Positions 46,119 through 55,804 of a stretch of 64,000 nucleotides of DNA are shown piece after piece. The stretch is from a virus. The position numbers and the translations under genes are program-made. The notes beneath the pieces are model-generated. The model was given only the letters and a program-made list of their open reading frames with translations. It did not search any database and was not told the DNA's origin. The DNA is taken from IMG/VR virus record IMGVR_UViG_3300020281_001713; one strand, written 5' to 3'. Each line of letters begins with the position of its first letter. Position 1 is the first letter of the stretch.

Positions 46119-47417
46119 GTGAAAACGAACAAATCCTTATTGGCGATAGACCTACTTGTGCTTATGGGCTTGATGTATTTTACATCTGGAGTGCATGCAC
46201 AAACTTACACAGATGATGTAGCAAAGATAATCAATAATAATTGCTTAATATGTCATAGACCAGGCGGTATAGGCCCTATGAGTTTTGAGGGCTACGAACA
46301 AGTTCGTCCTTGGGCACCATTAATTAAAATGAAAGTAGCTAGTAGAGAAATGCCTCCGTATGCTTACGACCACGGAATAGGCATACAAGACCTACAAGGT
46401 GATTGGCGACTGTCACAAAAAGAAATAGATACAATAGTAGCTTGGGTAGACTCAGGCTCCCAATACGGAGATACCGACATAGTCGTACAACCTCCTAATC
46501 TTGCTGATCCAGACCAATGGAATTTTGCTGGAGACTTTGGTCCACCGAATCTAATAATTCCTAGCGTTCCTATAGATATTCCAGCAAGTGGTAACGATCT
46601 GTGGCACAAGCATCTAGTACCAACAGGACTCACAGAAGACAGATGTATTAAAGCAGTGCAAGTAAAACCTAGAGGCGATGCAAAGTCTGTAGTTCATCAT
46701 GCTAATTCTAATGTAGTTATTGATGGAGGTCGTGAAGGTATGCTTACGGAATACGCTATGGGAAAGTGGGGAGAGATTGTCCCGGAAGGAGTTTGCAGAA
46801 CACTTCCTGCAAATTCACAAGTTCGTTGGGACATACATATGTTTCCTGGCGGTTTAGGAACAATGGCTCCAGGTACAGTTATCAAAGACAACGTGGTGGA
46901 AATTGGACTTTGGTTATACAGCGAAGAGGAAAGCCAAGAACTGAAATACAAACAAGATTTAAGTTTATATCGGCTAGGCAATCAAGACGATATCGTTATT
47001 CCTCCACATGGCTATCATATGACACAAGGTTTCCACAGTTTTGATCATCCTGTGCGTTTAGATAGCTTTCAACCACATGGACATTTGAGAATGAATGCGG
47101 CTAGTTTAGAAATATTTTATCCAGAAACTGGTCGTACAGAACCTGTGAGTCAAATATCTAATTGGAGTGCAACATGGCATCACAGTCATTTATTTGAACC
47201 ACATGTAGCCCCATTAATACCTGCAGGTGCAGTTATTATATTGAAGCAGTGGTATGACAATACCGCAAATAACCCAAACAATCCTGATCCTGACATGTGG
47301 GTAATGGGTGGTAGTAGGACAGGAGATGAAATGACTCATGCCTGGCTTGCAATTACACACTTAGATGAGGAAGGATACAATGAGCTAAAAGCTCAAAGGA
47401 TGTTAGCAGAAAAATGA
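46119..47417 (+). CDS. Exported c-type-heme protein with copper type II monooxygenase-like domains
   Basis: Signal peptide, CLICH heme motif, MPP, VVHHA, PHGH, GDEM (HH/HxH/M copper ligands). Confidence 0.8.
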   Translation: MKTNKSLLAIDLLVLMGLMYFTSGVHAQTYTDDVAKIINNNCLICHRPGGIGPMSFEGYEQVRPWAPLIKMKVASREMPPYAYDHGIGIQDLQGDWRLSQKEIDTIVAWVDSGSQYGDTDIVVQPPNLADPDQWNFAGDFGPPNLIIPSVPIDIPASGNDLWHKHLVPTGLTEDRCIKAVQVKPRGDAKSVVHHANSNVVIDGGREGMLTEYAMGKWGEIVPEGVCRTLPANSQVRWDIHMFPGGLGTMAPGTVIKDNVVEIGLWLYSEEESQELKYKQDLSLYRLGNQDDIVIPPHGYHMTQGFHSFDHPVRLDSFQPHGHLRMNAASLEIFYPETGRTEPVSQISNWSATWHHSHLFEPHVAPLIPAGAVIILKQWYDNTANNPNNPDPDMWVMGGSRTGDEMTHAWLAITHLDEEGYNELKAQRMLAEK

Positions 47418-47587
47418 AAAGACTAATACTTACATGTATTTTATTAACTGGCTGTAGTAATTTGCCAGAAAGGTCGGCACAAGACTGGTCTATGCAAACT
47501 ATGAGAAATCAAGATATCTTCATGCAGAGTTTAAGGCCTAATGTTAGCATGAATTATAGAGAAATACAACAAAGGATGATTAGATGA
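47414..47587 (+). CDS. 57-aa lipoprotein
   Basis: MKRLILTCILLTGC lipobox; not in the ORF track. Confidence 0.65.
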   Translation: MKRLILTCILLTGCSNLPERSAQDWSMQTMRNQDIFMQSLRPNVSMNYREIQQRMIR

Positions 47588-47805
47588 AAAAACTTTTATT
47601 AGTTTGTTTTTTACTAGCCGGTTGCCATACACCTGGCCCAACAGATTTTTTGGAATACTACGATGATCCACAACCTATGAACTTTATAGATCCTCTTAGA
47701 TTCCAGAGAAACCTAAGAGATTGTAGGTCTGCACCACATTGTGCTGCCGAAGATCTCTTTAAAATTGCACAGGAGAAAAACTATGTGGACAAAACCAACG
47801 TATGA
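47584..47805 (+). CDS. 73-aa lipoprotein
   Basis: [14 protein letters not shown] lipobox. Confidence 0.7.
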   Translation: MKKLLLVCFLLAGCHTPGPTDFLEYYDDPQPMNFIDPLRFQRNLRDCRSAPHCAAEDLFKIAQEKNYVDKTNV

Positions 47806-47854
47806 AAATATAAGACTTGGCTTCGAAATCACAATGTATGCTAAGAGCAACTAA
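47783..47854 (+). CDS. pqqA: PQQ precursor peptide PqqA (23 aa)
   Basis: [23 protein letters not shown] has W-x-x-P and the invariant E-x-x-x-Y; AGGAG SD at 47771-47775. Confidence 0.88.
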   Translation: MWTKPTYENIRLGFEITMYAKSN

Positions 47855-47857
47855 GTG

Positions 47858-47938
47858 ATGGGTGAATTAAGTCCTATAATTATAGGTATAGCATACATCG
47901 TATTTGCTATGATAGTGATACACCTATTTCCGGATTAA
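47858..47938 (+). CDS. 26-aa membrane peptide
   Basis: MGELSPIIIGIAYIVFAMIVIHLFPD. Confidence 0.4.
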   Translation: MGELSPIIIGIAYIVFAMIVIHLFPD

Positions 47939-47964
47939 TAGTGGGGGATTTCTCCCCCACTATT
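47937..47964. terminator. Bidirectional intrinsic terminator between convergent genes
   Basis: AATAGTGGGGGA-TTTC-TCCCCCACTATT, a perfect 12-bp stem. Confidence 0.85.
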
Positions 47965-47965
47965 T

Positions 47966-48691
47966 TCATTCATCTCCGTATATTTCCAGGACCTCCTTAA
48001 CTGCTTGATGTCGCTCAATATCTCCTTGAGCGAAGTGGACTATGTCCAAATGGCTAAGGTTACTATTTGTTAGCTTGCGAGCAAAGTCAATTAAGCCGTT
48101 TTCATTCAAGCGATCAGCTTGTGCTAAATCGCCTGTTACAGCCATTTGGCTTCCTTCGCCAAGTCTAGTTAGTAACATTTTCATTTGATTAGGGGTAGCA
48201 TTTTGCATCTCATCAGCTAAAATAAAGCTGTGTTTAAAAGTACGCCCACGCATATATGCTAATGGCGCAATTTCAATGATGCCTTCATCAATCATACCTT
48301 CTATTTCCCTTGCTTGAAAATATTCTCTTAAAACATCGAATATAGGTCTTGTCCATGGTGCCATTTTTTGTTCTAATGTACCAGGTAAAAACCCTAGATC
48401 TTCATCAGCTGAGACTGCTGGTCTAGTTACAATAATTTTATCAATAACGCCTGCCTTAAATAATTTTACTGCGACCTGAACTGCTAGTAGTGTTTTTCCT
48501 GTACCAGCCGGACCGATTCCAAAGACTATGTCCTTGGTGTCATCTAACAGTTTTAAAACATAAGTTTCTTGATTTTTATTTCGGGGAATTATTGTAACGT
48601 TTCGTTGTTTTTGATATGTGTTGAGTTCTACTACATTGCTGTAGTTATTGCTTGAGTTATGTCTCTTACGAGAGGCTCGTTTTGCACCCAT
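47966..48691 (-). CDS. phoH: PhoH-family ATPase
   Basis: GPAGTGKT, LGFLPG, AYMRGRTF, DEMQN, LTRLG, GDLAQAD. Confidence 0.95.
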   Translation of the reverse strand: MGAKRASRKRHNSSNNYSNVVELNTYQKQRNVTIIPRNKNQETYVLKLLDDTKDIVFGIGPAGTGKTLLAVQVAVKLFKAGVIDKIIVTRPAVSADEDLGFLPGTLEQKMAPWTRPIFDVLREYFQAREIEGMIDEGIIEIAPLAYMRGRTFKHSFILADEMQNATPNQMKMLLTRLGEGSQMAVTGDLAQADRLNENGLIDFARKLTNSNLSHLDIVHFAQGDIERHQAVKEVLEIYGDE

Positions 48692-48853
48692 AAATTGTCC
48701 TCCTTTGGGATATTAAAGAAGTAAGTCGTTCAACCGTAGAGGCTAAACGTCCCTACACTAATATTTAGTATGTTAAGGATCACCGAAAAAAGGTAAGTTA
48801 ACTCTAAAAAGTCGATAAATAAGTATAGAACAGAAAAGCTTGGAATATTTAAA

Positions 48854-49354
48854 ATGCAAGATGTAGTAGATATTATTAAAAACATTGAGTCGATATACGA
48901 CAATAATACTTCTTTCCAAGTACTGAAAGACTATGAAAGAGTATTAGACGAATTAGATCTATATGTTTACTCTAATTGGAAAGATGGCGAATTATGTTCT
49001 GGTCCGAATATAGATAGACATTGGGTAACTTGTTCATTTATGTGGCCAAGAACTGAAATGCCTGATCCTACGGGTGGCAAGCGATTACTTGACTATGATT
49101 GTAAAGTTTCATACCAAAAATCACACTTAGTAGTACCAAGGAAAATAGAAAGCCCAGATGATATTAGACCAGGCACAAAAAAGGGTAAACTTGACAGAAA
49201 ACCTATCTGGATTGTACAAATACAAATGCCAAAAAAACTTATTGCTGATATCTACACAGGATATACAGAGCAAAATATGATTAATGTAGCTCCTCCAGCA
49301 CCACAACAAACAGCAGACGAAACTGCAGAAGCACCTGAGGAGGCGGCAGTATAA
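48854..49354 (+). CDS. Hypothetical late protein
   Basis: 166 aa; late motif at 48814-48821. Confidence 0.7.
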   Translation: MQDVVDIIKNIESIYDNNTSFQVLKDYERVLDELDLYVYSNWKDGELCSGPNIDRHWVTCSFMWPRTEMPDPTGGKRLLDYDCKVSYQKSHLVVPRKIESPDDIRPGTKKGKLDRKPIWIVQIQMPKKLIADIYTGYTEQNMINVAPPAPQQTADETAEAPEEAAV

Positions 49355-50079
49355 TGACACTACAACAAAACGATTTAAAAGATTTAGTTGATAGCATTTT
49401 AGAAATAGATTCATACAAATCAAAAATGGGTGATGACAAAGATATTGTAACTGTAGCAATTAGCACAATTACAAAAGAATCAGCAAAAGATCTTGAAGAA
49501 TTTTTAGAAAGAGGATATACTTTTGTATTAGATGCTGACTCTACAAATAGTGAGCAAAATGATGGCACATATAAAGTATTCGTAGAATTAGAAAGATCCA
49601 AGAAAGCTGGTGAGCAAATTATGGAATTAGCCGATGGCATGAAAAATCTAACAGGACGTGATGATTTTAGATTCCGTTATTACAAAAATTTTCGTAGTTT
49701 AGATCTTACACAAGAAGCATTAGATGAAAATATACCTACTAGTGCCGACGACTATGGAATTAGTGTTTCAGTAAATGAAAATAGTATTAACAATTATAAA
49801 AACTTTTTTAATAAAAGTTATTTAGAATCTGTTGAGCTAAGAAAAACAACTTTAACACTTAAAAAGAAATGGGCTGATCCTATACAATTTAAAGTTGTAG
49901 ATTTTGGTCCTACACAAGAGACTTTAGATAGTATCAAAGAGTCTTTTAATGCTAATGACTTTGCAGAAATTATTTTTTTAAGCAAGTATATTGGCGATTA
50001 CAATATCACTAAGTACGGTAACAAACTTACATTCGAAAATGACAAACACGTTCTGGTTACTGAAAGAATACAAAACTAA
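49354..50079 (+). CDS. Hypothetical protein
   Basis: 241 aa; IDSYKSKMGDD...YKVFVELER; TAATG coupling. Confidence 0.7.
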   Translation: MTLQQNDLKDLVDSILEIDSYKSKMGDDKDIVTVAISTITKESAKDLEEFLERGYTFVLDADSTNSEQNDGTYKVFVELERSKKAGEQIMELADGMKNLTGRDDFRFRYYKNFRSLDLTQEALDENIPTSADDYGISVSVNENSINNYKNFFNKSYLESVELRKTTLTLKKKWADPIQFKVVDFGPTQETLDSIKESFNANDFAEIIFLSKYIGDYNITKYGNKLTFENDKHVLVTERIQN

Positions 50080-50128
50080 CTTTAGGCGTTTTCCGCGACC
50101 TATATCAAGCTAACTGAAAGGAAGAAAA

Positions 50129-50641
50129 GTGGCAAGTGAAAATTATGACAAATGTTTAAAAGCTATTTTACATCACGAAGGCGGATATGTAAATCACCCA
50201 AAAGATCCAGGAGGAGAAACTAATTTAGGAGTTACTAAAAGAGTTTACGAAGAATGGGGCGGTAATAAAAACATGAAAGATCTAACTGTAGAAGATGTAG
50301 CACCAATTTATAGGAAAAACTATTGGGATAGAATGAAGTGCGATGATCTACCAAGAGGTTTAGATTTATGTGTTTTTGATTTTGGAGTTAATGCAGGCAC
50401 TGGAAGATCGGCTAAATACTTACAACGTATGATTGGTACAACTGTTGATGGCGGAATAGGGCCAAATACACTTAGAGCTGTAGCAAATTACGTTGATGAA
50501 GTAGGTTTAGAAGGTGCTATTAAAACTTTCCAAGATAATAGACAAAGTTATTATGAAAAATTAAAAACTTTTGAAACTTTTGGAAGAGGTTGGACTAGAA
50601 GGAATACAGAAACAACCGAATTAGCAGTTAGTATGATTTAA
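50129..50641 (+). CDS. Endolysin, glycoside hydrolase family 108 with a peptidoglycan-binding domain
   Basis: HEGGYVNHPKDPGGETNLGVT, FDFGVNAG, VDGGIGPNT, FGRGWTRR. Confidence 0.93.
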   Translation: MASENYDKCLKAILHHEGGYVNHPKDPGGETNLGVTKRVYEEWGGNKNMKDLTVEDVAPIYRKNYWDRMKCDDLPRGLDLCVFDFGVNAGTGRSAKYLQRMIGTTVDGGIGPNTLRAVANYVDEVGLEGAIKTFQDNRQSYYEKLKTFETFGRGWTRRNTETTELAVSMI

Positions 50642-50659
50642 CTTTGGATAATTAAATAT

Positions 50660-51124
50660 ATGTTCGGATCGATTAAAGTAGTGCTTATCCTGATGTTGCT
50701 CGCAGGAGCAGGAGGAGCCTACACCTATGTAACCAATTTACAAAAAACTGCCGAGATACACAGACTAAATGCCGAAAAATTACAAATTGCTGTAGCACAA
50801 AATGAAGAAGCTTTAAGAGTACAAAAAGAAAGCTACGAAGCTTTGCAAAAAAACTTAGAAGAAGTAAATTCTGAATTTAGAGCCGCAAGAGCCCAAAACA
50901 ATGTGTTATCTCAAAAGTTAGCTGAACATGATTTAAACTCATTAGCCGCAGAAAGACCAAAAAGTATCACAAGATTGATTAACAGAGGGACAGTCAATGC
51001 TGGAAGATGTTTTGAAATATTAAGTGGCGCACCGTTAACCGATAAAGAAAAGGAGGCGAAAAGTGGAAAAGCGTTCAATAATGAATGTCCTTGGCTCTGG
51101 CCTGGTCCTACTACTACTGACTAG
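50660..51124 (+). CDS. Inner-membrane spanin (Rz-like)
   Basis: N-terminal TM helix, long coiled coil, C-terminal Cys; follows the endolysin. Confidence 0.7.
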   Translation: MFGSIKVVLILMLLAGAGGAYTYVTNLQKTAEIHRLNAEKLQIAVAQNEEALRVQKESYEALQKNLEEVNSEFRAARAQNNVLSQKLAEHDLNSLAAERPKSITRLINRGTVNAGRCFEILSGAPLTDKEKEAKSGKAFNNECPWLWPGPTTTD

Positions 51125-51539
51125 CTGTGCATCTGTACCACCTAGCATTACTGTAAGCACAAAACCTATTGAAAAACCCTCATTAATAGTACCACCTGTA
51201 GATACTGTTACAATGAAAGAGGTAAAATGGATAATTGTAACCGAAGATAACCTAGAAGAAGTCATTGCAGATCTAAAAGCTTCAGGGCAACCTTTAGCAA
51301 TATTTGGATTATCTGGCCAAGGCTACGAAAACCTAAGTACAAATTTTAGTGCTATTAGAGCTTTAGTGCAACAACAGCAAACAATAATTGCGGCATACAA
51401 ACAATATTATGAAAAATCTAGTGAAGCATTAGATAGTGCTAATAAAAGAATTGAATCTACACAAGATGAAATTAATGAACAGCAACAAAAGAATAACAAT
51501 AGCGAATCTGTGCTAGATAAATTAAATCCCTTCAAATAA
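51081..51539 (+). CDS. Outer-membrane spanin lipoprotein (Rz1-like)
   Basis: LLLTSC lipobox followed by a Pro-rich segment; overlaps the i-spanin 3' end. Confidence 0.7.
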   Translation: MNVLGSGLVLLLLTSCASVPPSITVSTKPIEKPSLIVPPVDTVTMKEVKWIIVTEDNLEEVIADLKASGQPLAIFGLSGQGYENLSTNFSAIRALVQQQQTIIAAYKQYYEKSSEALDSANKRIESTQDEINEQQQKNNNSESVLDKLNPFK

Positions 51540-51584
51540 TACCTCCAAATAGTTATAAATACATATAACTAACAGGAGTACCGA

Positions 51585-51869
51585 ATGTGGTTATGGATAG
51601 TATCAAGTATTGCAGGCAGTCTGCTCGGAGCGGCGACTACCAGGTGGTTCAAAGATACTAAAGCAGGCGTTTGGTGTTACAAAAAATACGAAGCTATAGC
51701 TGTTTGGGCAACCGATCGGTATGGCATTGATATTCTCAATAAGGAGGATATAGCATGGAGGACAAAGTATCCTAATGTAGCGAAGCGAACTGATGAACTG
51801 GAAGAAAGAATTAATTTTCTTGAGTTAGAAATCAGAAGGTTACAGAAAGGTAAGGGCGATGGAAAATGA
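51585..51869 (+). CDS. Membrane-anchored hypothetical protein
   Basis: TATAAATA at 51554-51561, AGGAG SD, N-terminal TM helix. Confidence 0.65.
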   Translation: MWLWIVSSIAGSLLGAATTRWFKDTKAGVWCYKKYEAIAVWATDRYGIDILNKEDIAWRTKYPNVAKRTDELEERINFLELEIRRLQKGKGDGK

Positions 51870-52278
51870 AATAATGGACGTAGCAACACTAGCAAATGAT
51901 ATAACTTTATTAATAATGCCGTTTATAAGTGTACTTATAATGGTGGTAATTACCTTGTGGTTTAAAGATTTTGCAGGGAAGATTGCTAAAGGTTTAGCTT
52001 TTAGTATGAACAAACAATTCCAAGAAGGTGATAAAGTTATACTCGACGGCGAACGTGCATTAATTGTAAAGATTGGTATTACCCAAACAGTATTCGGTGT
52101 TACGAAAACTTCGGGTGAATTTGATGGAGATTATGTATGGAGGTATGTTCCTAATGAGCGTATACCTTTCCTTAAACTAGAAAAGGTTATATTTGATACA
52201 AAACCAGAGCATAACGAAAATAAAATACATGAAAACGCACAAGAAATTAACAAAATTAAAAACGGAGGGAAGAAGTAA
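51859..52278 (+). CDS. MscS-like fragment (TM helix plus beta domain)
   Basis: FQEGDKVILDG...IVKIGITQT...VPNE. Confidence 0.6.
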   Translation: MENEIMDVATLANDITLLIMPFISVLIMVVITLWFKDFAGKIAKGLAFSMNKQFQEGDKVILDGERALIVKIGITQTVFGVTKTSGEFDGDYVWRYVPNERIPFLKLEKVIFDTKPEHNENKIHENAQEINKIKNGGKK

Positions 52279-52652
52279 TGGCAACAGGAACTAGTAAAGA
52301 TACAGTAAATGTAAGCAGGGCCGATTATGATGCAATGCGTGATAGAATCGCAGAGTTAGAAGCAGATGCTCCTGCTCCTGCCGATTCAGACGGATGGTGG
52401 AAAACAAAACCTGTATCAAAAGATGGATGGTTGTGGATAGCACCTGAATACTTTAGTCGTTGGAGAATATTTCCAAGAGTGTTCATAAGCATGTACATCT
52501 ATCTACTTTATGCAGTTACTATGTGGTTCATGGCACTACCTGATCCTAACACACAACAAGCAGGACTTGTAAGTGTTGTTGTAGGTGCAGGTGCGGCTTG
52601 GTTTGGATTATATGTAAATTCAACTTCTACAAATCATAATAAAGAATCGTGA
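52278..52652 (+). CDS. Membrane protein with 2 TM helices, holin candidate
   Basis: WRIFPR...WFMALPDP..QQAGLVSVVVGAGAAWFGLY. Confidence 0.6.
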   Translation: MATGTSKDTVNVSRADYDAMRDRIAELEADAPAPADSDGWWKTKPVSKDGWLWIAPEYFSRWRIFPRVFISMYIYLLYAVTMWFMALPDPNTQQAGLVSVVVGAGAAWFGLYVNSTSTNHNKES

Positions 52653-52689
52653 CTAGTAAACACTAATACTACTACAAATAAGTAGTAGT

Positions 52690-53556
52690 ATGAGTGACTT
52701 TTATGATATACTTGGTGTAAGTAAGCAAGCTTCTGACGCGGAATTAAAAAAAGCTTACAAAAAACAAAGCATGCAACACCACCCTGATAGGGGAGGTGAC
52801 GAAGAGCAATTCAAAAAAGTTAATGAAGCTTATGCAACATTAAAAGATCCAAGCAAGCGTCAAATGTACGACCAATACGGTACTACTGATCCCCAGCAAC
52901 AACGTCCACAAGGTTTTAATTTCCATTTTAATGCAGACGATTTAAGTAATGGGAATCCATTTGCAGGCACTCCATTTGACGGCATGTTTCAAGGCGGACA
53001 TCCTTTTGCAAATATGCGTAGACAACCTCCAAGAAATCAAGACATGCGTATTGTTGCAAATATTGATTTACATGATGTTGTAAATGGTAAAAATTTAGTT
53101 GTTCAAATACAACTTGGTTCAGGTAGAACGGAAACATTAAATATAGATATTCCGCCTGGAGCCAAAGACGGAGATACTATCCAATATCAAGGGCTCGGTG
53201 ACGATAGACATAAGGAATTAAGGAGGGGAAATCTGCATGTTGTTATTCAAGTTAGTCCAGTTCAAGGTTGGGAGCGAAAAAATAACGATTTAATTACAAG
53301 AAAAGTAATAAATCTATTTGACTTATTGCTAGGATGTGCTATAATAGTAAACACATTAGACAATAGGCAAGTAAAATTAACAATACCACCAGGCACAAAT
53401 CCAGGCCAAAGATTTAGTATTCCAGGTTATGGAATAACTGACATACATTCAAAACAACGTGGTAACATACACGTTATTATTGATGTCGAAACACCTAAAA
53501 TAGCAGATGAGAATTTGTTAAATAAAATTAGAAATTTAAAAGAAGAGATAAAATAG
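52690..53556 (+). CDS. dnaJ: DnaJ/CbpA-type co-chaperone without the zinc finger
   Basis: DFYDILGV, HHPDRGG J domain, G/F region, C-terminal substrate domain. Confidence 0.92.
   Translation: MSDFYDILGVSKQASDAELKKAYKKQSMQHHPDRGGDEEQFKKVNEAYATLKDPSKRQMYDQYGTTDPQQQRPQGFNFHFNADDLSNGNPFAGTPFDGMFQGGHPFANMRRQPPRNQDMRIVANIDLHDVVNGKNLVVQIQLGSGRTETLNIDIPPGAKDGDTIQYQGLGDDRHKELRRGNLHVVIQVSPVQGWERKNNDLITRKVINLFDLLLGCAIIVNTLDNRQVKLTIPPGTNPGQRFSIPGYGITDIHSKQRGNIHVIIDVETPKIADENLLNKIRNLKEEIK
53318..53345 (+). promoter_or_regulatory. Sigma70-type promoter inside dnaJ, upstream of clpA
   Basis: TTGACT-N16-TATAAT with TG extension. Confidence 0.55.
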
Positions 53557-53557
53557 T

Positions 53558-55804
53558 ATGGTAGAACCGTCTAAAGAGTTACAGTTAGTTTTTGATAAAG
53601 CAATTAATGATGCCAAAAAGCTTCAGCATGAATATGTTACATTAGAACATTTACTTTATGCAATTTTTTGCGAAGAAAAGTTCTGTAATATTATTACTAT
53701 GTTTGGTGCAGATATTGAGTACATAAAAGGAAATTTAGAGCATCATTTAAAAAATAATATGCAGGACATTATTACTGATAACGAAAAATTTAAACCAAAA
53801 AAAACCCATACTGTGGAAAGAGTATTGAATAGGGCATTTACACAAGTATTATTTGCTGGTAGAAATACTATTGATCTTACAGATGTAGTATTAAGTATGC
53901 TGAATGAGAAGAAATCAGTTTCAGTATATTATTTAGAAAAAGGCGGAGTAACAAAACCAGGATTTGCAGAATTCCTTGATGCAGAAATTGCACATGATCT
54001 TTACGATGAAGAAGAAGTAAGTGGAGAAGCTAAAAGGGCTTTAAGAGCCTTTACAACAAATCTAAATGATCAGGTTAAAAGAGAAAAAATAGATCCAATT
54101 ATAGGACGTGGAAATGAACTAGAAAGTTTAGCACTTGCATTAGGACGCAGGCAAAAAAATAATGTCCTAATGGTAGGGGATCCAGGTGTTGGTAAAACAG
54201 CTATTGCAGAAGGTTTGGCATATAATATAGAAAATGACAAAGTTCCTTCTTTTCTTAAAGAATACAAGGTGTATAATTTAGATATAGGCGCAATGCTAGC
54301 AGGGTCTAAGTATAGAGGCGACTTTGAAGAAAGGTTTAAATTAGTTTTATCTGCACTAATCAAGCAAGGCAAGACTATAATGTTTATCGACGAAGCACAT
54401 ATGATGAATGGTGCAGGCACAGGCGGCGGTAATAACTCTAATGATCTAGCAAATATGTTAAAACCTGCTTTGACAAAAGGTGATTTAAAAGTGGTTGCAT
54501 CAACCACGTGGGAAGAATATAGAAAGTACTTCGAGTCAGATCGTGCATTAATGCGTAGGTTTCAAAGAGTAACTATAGGAGAACCTACAAAAGAAACTAC
54601 CAAAGATATTTTAGTTGGTATTAAAAAATATTATGAAAAGTTTCACGAGACAACAATTACAGAAGAAGCAATAGATACTGCTATTAAATTAAGTATAAAA
54701 TATCAGTCAGATAAAAAACTTCCTGATAAAGCAATAGACTTAATTGATATTGCATGCTCTAGATTCAAAGTAAACGATATTGCAGAACAAGAAAAAGTAG
54801 TAGGCGCAGAGCAAATAGAGTTTGAGCTTGCAAAAATAGTTGATATGCCTACAGAAAGAATTGCAGAAAAAGAAACTGAAAGTTTAGCAAATCTAGAAAA
54901 GAATATTAAAGGTTCTGTATATGGTCAAGATGAAGCAATAGAAAGTATTGTAGACAAAGTGCTAGTAAGTCAAGCAGGACTTAAAGCAAACGATAAGCCC
55001 ATAGGTTCTTTTGTGTTTATGGGTCCTACTGGTACAGGTAAAACTGAAACTGCTAAACAACTTGCAAAAGGATTAGGAGTCAAACTTGTTAGATTTGACA
55101 TGAGTGAGTATCAGGAAAGACATAGTGTAGCAAAACTAATTGGTTCTCCTCCAGGATATGTTGGATATGAAGAAAATAATGGATTGCTTATTACTAAGTT
55201 ACAGGAATTTCCTAATTGTGTTTTATTGCTAGATGAAATTGAAAAGGCTCACCCTGATGTAAGTACGATTTTACTGCAACTTATGGACAACGGTAAAGTT
55301 ACAGGCTCTAATGGTAAAGTAGCTGATGCTAGAAATTGTACTTTAATACTAACAACAAATTTAGGATCAGAAAAAGCCGAACAAAACACTATTGGGTTTA
55401 CCAAAACATTAGAACAAGAGTATGAAGATACCGACTTAAAACGTTACTTTGCTCCTGAATTTAGAAATAGATTAGATGGTGTGATTACTTTTGCTAAATT
55501 AAGCAAAGAAGTAATGATGAAAATAGTAGGTAAGTTTCTACTGGAACTTAAACAAATGGTTATTGAAAAAGATATTGCAATTACTATCACTGACGACACA
55601 TTAGATTACTTGGTCGAAAAAGGATTTGATCCTAAAATGGGTGCAAGACCTTTACAAAGAGTAATTGATCAAGATATAAAACGTAAACTTGCAAGAGAGA
55701 TGTTATTTGGTGATCTTAAAAATGGTGGCTCTTTAACTATTGATTATAGAGATAAAGAGATTAAATTGGATTGTGTAAAAGATGAAATCGTTGAAACAGT
55801 ATGA
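53558..55804 (+). CDS. clpA: ClpA AAA+ chaperone
   Basis: Clp N-domain, GDPGVGKT, GPTGTGKT, RFDMSEY, IGF loop; no ClpB middle domain. Confidence 0.92.
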   Translation: MVEPSKELQLVFDKAINDAKKLQHEYVTLEHLLYAIFCEEKFCNIITMFGADIEYIKGNLEHHLKNNMQDIITDNEKFKPKKTHTVERVLNRAFTQVLFAGRNTIDLTDVVLSMLNEKKSVSVYYLEKGGVTKPGFAEFLDAEIAHDLYDEEEVSGEAKRALRAFTTNLNDQVKREKIDPIIGRGNELESLALALGRRQKNNVLMVGDPGVGKTAIAEGLAYNIENDKVPSFLKEYKVYNLDIGAMLAGSKYRGDFEERFKLVLSALIKQGKTIMFIDEAHMMNGAGTGGGNNSNDLANMLKPALTKGDLKVVASTTWEEYRKYFESDRALMRRFQRVTIGEPTKETTKDILVGIKKYYEKFHETTITEEAIDTAIKLSIKYQSDKKLPDKAIDLIDIACSRFKVNDIAEQEKVVGAEQIEFELAKIVDMPTERIAEKETESLANLEKNIKGSVYGQDEAIESIVDKVLVSQAGLKANDKPIGSFVFMGPTGTGKTETAKQLAKGLGVKLVRFDMSEYQERHSVAKLIGSPPGYVGYEENNGLLITKLQEFPNCVLLLDEIEKAHPDVSTILLQLMDNGKVTGSNGKVADARNCTLILTTNLGSEKAEQNTIGFTKTLEQEYEDTDLKRYFAPEFRNRLDGVITFAKLSKEVMMKIVGKFLLELKQMVIEKDIAITITDDTLDYLVEKGFDPKMGARPLQRVIDQDIKRKLAREMLFGDLKNGGSLTIDYRDKEIKLDCVKDEIVETV

